NCBI GenBank assembly: GCA_963812155.1
Contig: CAWETW010000001.1
Location: forward strand, 32,001-96,000
Direction of reading: 5' to 3'
DNA from: Vulcanimicrobiota bacterium
GTDB lineage: Bacteria > Vulcanimicrobiota > Vulcanimicrobiia > Vulcanimicrobiales > Vulcanimicrobiaceae
Length of the DNA stretch: 64,000 nt
How positions within the stretch are numbered: position 1 is the stretch's first letter; every line of letters starts with the position of its first letter. The position numbers and the translations under genes are program-made. Shown here piece by piece: positions 60,649-64,000 of this stretch. A model generated the notes under the pieces. It was not told the DNA's origin. It worked only from the letters and a program-made list of their open reading frames with translations, and did no database searches.

Positions 60649-62691
60649 ATGCACTTTTTACTCGGCTTGCTCTTCACGCTGCGCCAAGCGTTGAGTTTCC
60701 CGTTACCGGCCGCGTTGGCCGCAAGCCCCGACGGTTCGGCGGTTGCCTACGTGCTCGACGAAAGCGGCATTCGAAGCGTGTGGTTCGCGCGCGCGCCCGA
60801 CTTCGTTCCCCGGCGGCTCTGGGCGTCGGCATCCGACGACGGGCAGGAGCTGACTAACCTGCACGTTTCGAAAGGCGGCGCGTACGTCGTATACGTTCGC
60901 GGCGGCGCACACGACGCGAACTGGACGACGCGTCCGTGGCCGGATCCCGATTCGGGAACCAAGGACCCGGCGATGACGGTCGTGGCGATTGCAACGCAAG
61001 GCGGGGCGGCGCCGGTCGTGCTGGGCGAAGGCGACGCGCCGGCGATTTCACCCGACGGCGCGCGCGTCGCGTTCGTTCACGATCCGGACGACGCGATCTG
61101 GTCGTCGCCGGTCGACGGCAGCAAGCCTGCAGCGCAACTGTTTTTCGATCGCGGGAAAGACGGCGATCTGCAGTGGTCCCCCGATGGGGCGGCGCTGGCA
61201 TTCACGTCGGACCGCGACGATCATTCGTTCGTCGGCATCTATCGCAACGACGCGACGCCGATTCAATACCTGGCACCGTCGACGTCGCATGACTCGTCGC
61301 CGCAATGGTCGCCGCAGAGCGACCGCGTCGCGTTCGTCCGTTCGCCGGGAGATGGCGGCCCGCCGCAAGATCCGCTCCTGCAATATCCGCAACCGTGGCA
61401 GATCGTCGTCGCCGACGCGGCTACCGGTGCCGGGCGCACGGTTTGGCAAAGCGGCAACGGACTACGCGACTCGCTTCCCGGCATCAACGGGCCGCAACTG
61501 CGCTGGATCGCCGGCGAACGCCTTGCGTTTATTTCGGAACGATCGAACTGGCCGAATCTGTATTCGGTCGCGGCAAGCGGCGGGAATGCGAGCGTGCTCG
61601 CGGGCGGTCCGTTCATGATTGAAGACACGACGATTTCGCCCGATTTGCAAACGCTGTACTATACGGCCGATACCGGCAACCGTGCGGGCGACGACGCCCG
61701 GCGGCACATCTTTCGCGTCTCCGCGAGTGGCGGAACGCCGTCGCAAGTGACCGAGGGCGAGAACAGCGAGTGGTGGCCGGCAGCGACCGGCGGCGGCGTC
61801 GCCTACGTGCAGGCCGGCGCCAAACGTCCGATGACGATCGCGGTCGACGGCCACACGATCGATGCCGATCAAATTCCCGCCGACTTTCCGAGCGATGCCC
61901 TCGTAACGCCGCGCGAGGTCACGTTCCGTGCGTCGGACGGACTGCTGATCCACGGTCAGCTCTTCGACGCGCCCGGCGGCCCCGCGAAGAAACCGGCGGT
62001 CATCTTCGTGCATGGCGGCCCCGAACGGCAGATGCTGCTCACCTGGCACTATATGGATTACTACTCGTACGCGTATGCCACCAACCAGTATCTAGCCAGC
62101 CGCGGGTTCGTGGTGCTTTCGGTGAACTACCGGCTGGGAATCGGGTACGGTCACGACTTCCAGAATCCCGACGCGGCCGGACCAGCCGGCGCGAGCGAGT
62201 ACCGCGACGTGCTTGCCGGCGCAGCGTTTCTCGGCTCGAATCCGCGTGTGGACGCGCAGCGCATCGGCATCTGGGGCGGCTCGTACGGCGGCTATCTCAC
62301 GGCAATGGCGCTGGCGAAAAACTCGAACGTCTTCAAAGCCGGCGTAGACTTTCACGGCGTGCACGATTGGTCGATGTTTCCCGAATGGTTCGAAGGTCAA
62401 GTGAAGCGCTACCAAACGATCGATCAAAAGAAGTTCTTGAAAATCGCGTGGTACTCGTCACCGGACGCGTACGTCTCGACGTGGCGATCGCCCGTGCTGC
62501 TCATTCAGGGTGACGACGACCGCAACGTCCCGTTTCATCAAATGGTCGATCTCGTGGAGCGCCTGAAGCCGGCGCACGTCCCGTTCGAGCAGATCGTCAT
62601 CCCGAACGATATCCATGGCTTCTTACGCTGGCAGTCGTGGCTCGAAGCCGATCAGGCGACGGCGGAATTCTTCGAGCGCCATCTGCACTAG
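60649..62691 (+). CDS. S9 family peptidase (DPP IV-like)
   Basis: SPDG repeats, VHGGP, VNYRLG, GGSYGG, GDDDRNV, H. Confidence 0.93.
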   Translation: MHFLLGLLFTLRQALSFPLPAALAASPDGSAVAYVLDESGIRSVWFARAPDFVPRRLWASASDDGQELTNLHVSKGGAYVVYVRGGAHDANWTTRPWPDPDSGTKDPAMTVVAIATQGGAAPVVLGEGDAPAISPDGARVAFVHDPDDAIWSSPVDGSKPAAQLFFDRGKDGDLQWSPDGAALAFTSDRDDHSFVGIYRNDATPIQYLAPSTSHDSSPQWSPQSDRVAFVRSPGDGGPPQDPLLQYPQPWQIVVADAATGAGRTVWQSGNGLRDSLPGINGPQLRWIAGERLAFISERSNWPNLYSVAASGGNASVLAGGPFMIEDTTISPDLQTLYYTADTGNRAGDDARRHIFRVSASGGTPSQVTEGENSEWWPAATGGGVAYVQAGAKRPMTIAVDGHTIDADQIPADFPSDALVTPREVTFRASDGLLIHGQLFDAPGGPAKKPAVIFVHGGPERQMLLTWHYMDYYSYAYATNQYLASRGFVVLSVNYRLGIGYGHDFQNPDAAGPAGASEYRDVLAGAAFLGSNPRVDAQRIGIWGGSYGGYLTAMALAKNSNVFKAGVDFHGVHDWSMFPEWFEGQVKRYQTIDQKKFLKIAWYSSPDAYVSTWRSPVLLIQGDDDRNVPFHQMVDLVERLKPAHVPFEQIVIPNDIHGFLRWQSWLEADQATAEFFERHLH

Positions 62692-62714
62692 TGACACGAC
62701 ACTAGCGGCCTCGA

Positions 62715-64000
62715 TCAGGGCGCCGGCGACGCGAGCGACCACGCGCCGACGTTCCAAAATGCTCCCGACAGCGACGTCGTCTGATTGCGCAGCTGGTCGG
62801 TGAACGCATTGATCTGCGTCCGGCGGTAGATCAGCGCGATCGGAAGCTGCCGATAGAGCAGCGCTTCGAGCGCGTGGTAGGTGACGGTACGCGCGACGGG
62901 ATCGTAGGTGCTCAAACCGCGCGCGAGCAGCGCGTCAATTTGCGGGTTGCAGATGCGCGATTTGTTATAACCGCGCGGCGGAACGTTGGCGCAGGCGAAC
63001 TGATCGGTCGTATCCGGATCGTCGCCGTTTTCGAACGAGTAGAGCGCCATCTGAAAGTTGCCGCTATAGACGGGGCCGTGCTCCGAGGCCGGCGCGACGA
63101 ACTGCGTGATGTTAAACTGCTTGAGCGTCACGCGGACGCCCACGGCACTTTCGTACTGTACGACGTTATCGGCGACGATGGCGTCCCCTGGCGTAGCGGC
63201 CTGCAGAATGAGCAGGAGATCGAGAGGGCGCCCGTCTTTCGTACGAATGCCGCCGGGGCCAACGTGCCACCCGGCGAGATCGAGCAGCCGTCGCGCCGCG
63301 GCCGGGTCGTAAGGAATATCGGGATACGCATGCGGGTCGTATGCCCAGAGAAAGAGTCCCGCGCCGGCCTGGCGGCTCGAGAGCGCACCGCGATACGCCT
63401 TCGTAATGAGTGCCGGAATGTCGATGGCCTGTGCGAGCGCGTGCCGAACCCGCGGGTCCGCCGTTAACCGGTCTTGCGTGTTGAAGATGATTGCGCCGAC
63501 GGCGTTCTGCACCGTGCTCGTGACGCGGTAGCCGCGCAGCGTCAGCATCTGAGCGTACGTCGCATAGTCTTGGGCGTCGAAGTATCCGTCGACTTCGTGC
63601 GTTTGCAGCAGGTTGAGCGCGGTTTGCGAGTTCGCGATGAACTGCACCGTCATGCGCTTGATGGCGACCGGTCCCTTCCAGTAGTAGGGGTTTGCGCTCA
63701 ACTCGACGCGATCGCCCCGCAGCCAGCGATCGACCCGATACGGCCCAGATCCGAACGGAGCGCCGTTGAAAGGCACTTGGTTGAAGTTGGGAAACGTCGC
63801 CAGCGCGCGTTTGGGAAAGATGGGGAATCCCTGCGGCGCTTCCACCACGACGATCAACGGCGGAAACGGCCGTTTGAGGTGAAGAACGAGCGTCGTCGGC
63901 GTGGGCGCCTCCGCCGCGGCGACGTCGTCATAGGCAAAACGGCTCTGCACGTTGTTGTTCGGATTGTTTATCGCCTCGATCGACCAGGCGCAGTCTTCGG
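62715..64000 (-). CDS. Peptide ABC transporter substrate-binding protein (5' end beyond the window)
   Basis: GSGPY, ANPYYW, DPRVRHALAQAID, GWHVGPGGIRTKDG; similar to the 20730-22361 product. Confidence 0.9.
   Translation of the reverse strand, partial: EDCAWSIEAINNPNNNVQSRFAYDDVAAAEAPTPTTLVLHLKRPFPPLIVVVEAPQGFPIFPKRALATFPNFNQVPFNGAPFGSGPYRVDRWLRGDRVELSANPYYWKGPVAIKRMTVQFIANSQTALNLLQTHEVDGYFDAQDYATYAQMLTLRGYRVTSTVQNAVGAIIFNTQDRLTADPRVRHALAQAIDIPALITKAYRGALSSRQAGAGLFLWAYDPHAYPDIPYDPAAARRLLDLAGWHVGPGGIRTKDGRPLDLLLILQAATPGDAIVADNVVQYESAVGVRVTLKQFNITQFVAPASEHGPVYSGNFQMALYSFENGDDPDTTDQFACANVPPRGYNKSRICNPQIDALLARGLSTYDPVARTVTYHALEALLYRQLPIALIYRRTQINAFTDQLRNQTTSLSGAFWNVGAWSLASPAP

Overview
High-GC bacterial chromosomal window, mostly housekeeping. 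The gene style (secreted lipoproteins, phosphoesterase, S9 peptidases, orphan peptide-binding proteins) suggests Ca. Eremiobacterota/Vulcanimicrobiota; this is an inference, not a database result. Contents: a split riboflavin locus (comF-ribD-ribE-thioesterase-2x Zn-dehydrogenase; tetR-MFS; XRE-ribBA-ribH), mtnA-holA, a long purine cluster (purB, purC+PurE-like domain, purL, purQ, double-length purS, two purP paralogues flanking cydAB, tpx, guaA, purD, then purF, purM, GNAT-purN), an AT-richer islet at about 37.6-41.9 kb (RNA polymerase omega-like ORF, HicB-like ORF, YXWGXW protein, Crp/Fnr), panB, pepA, a 1143-aa membrane fusion protein, tsaD, msrA and peptidases. Many conserved genes have single-base frameshifts, densest at 28.5-37.5 kb, most likely sequencing or assembly errors. 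Best candidates for new biology: (1) an XRE helix-turn-helix domain fused in frame to RibBA, with a perfect palindrome over its own -35 box, suggesting protein-based autoregulation of riboflavin synthesis; (2) a mosaic purine pathway with archaeal-type PurP paralogues, an animal-PAICS-like PurC with a degenerate carboxylase domain, a tandem PurS and a GNAT-PurN fusion; (3) an extended omega-like protein with its own promoter in an accessory islet. No rRNA, tRNA, CRISPR array, transposase or integrase was recognised.
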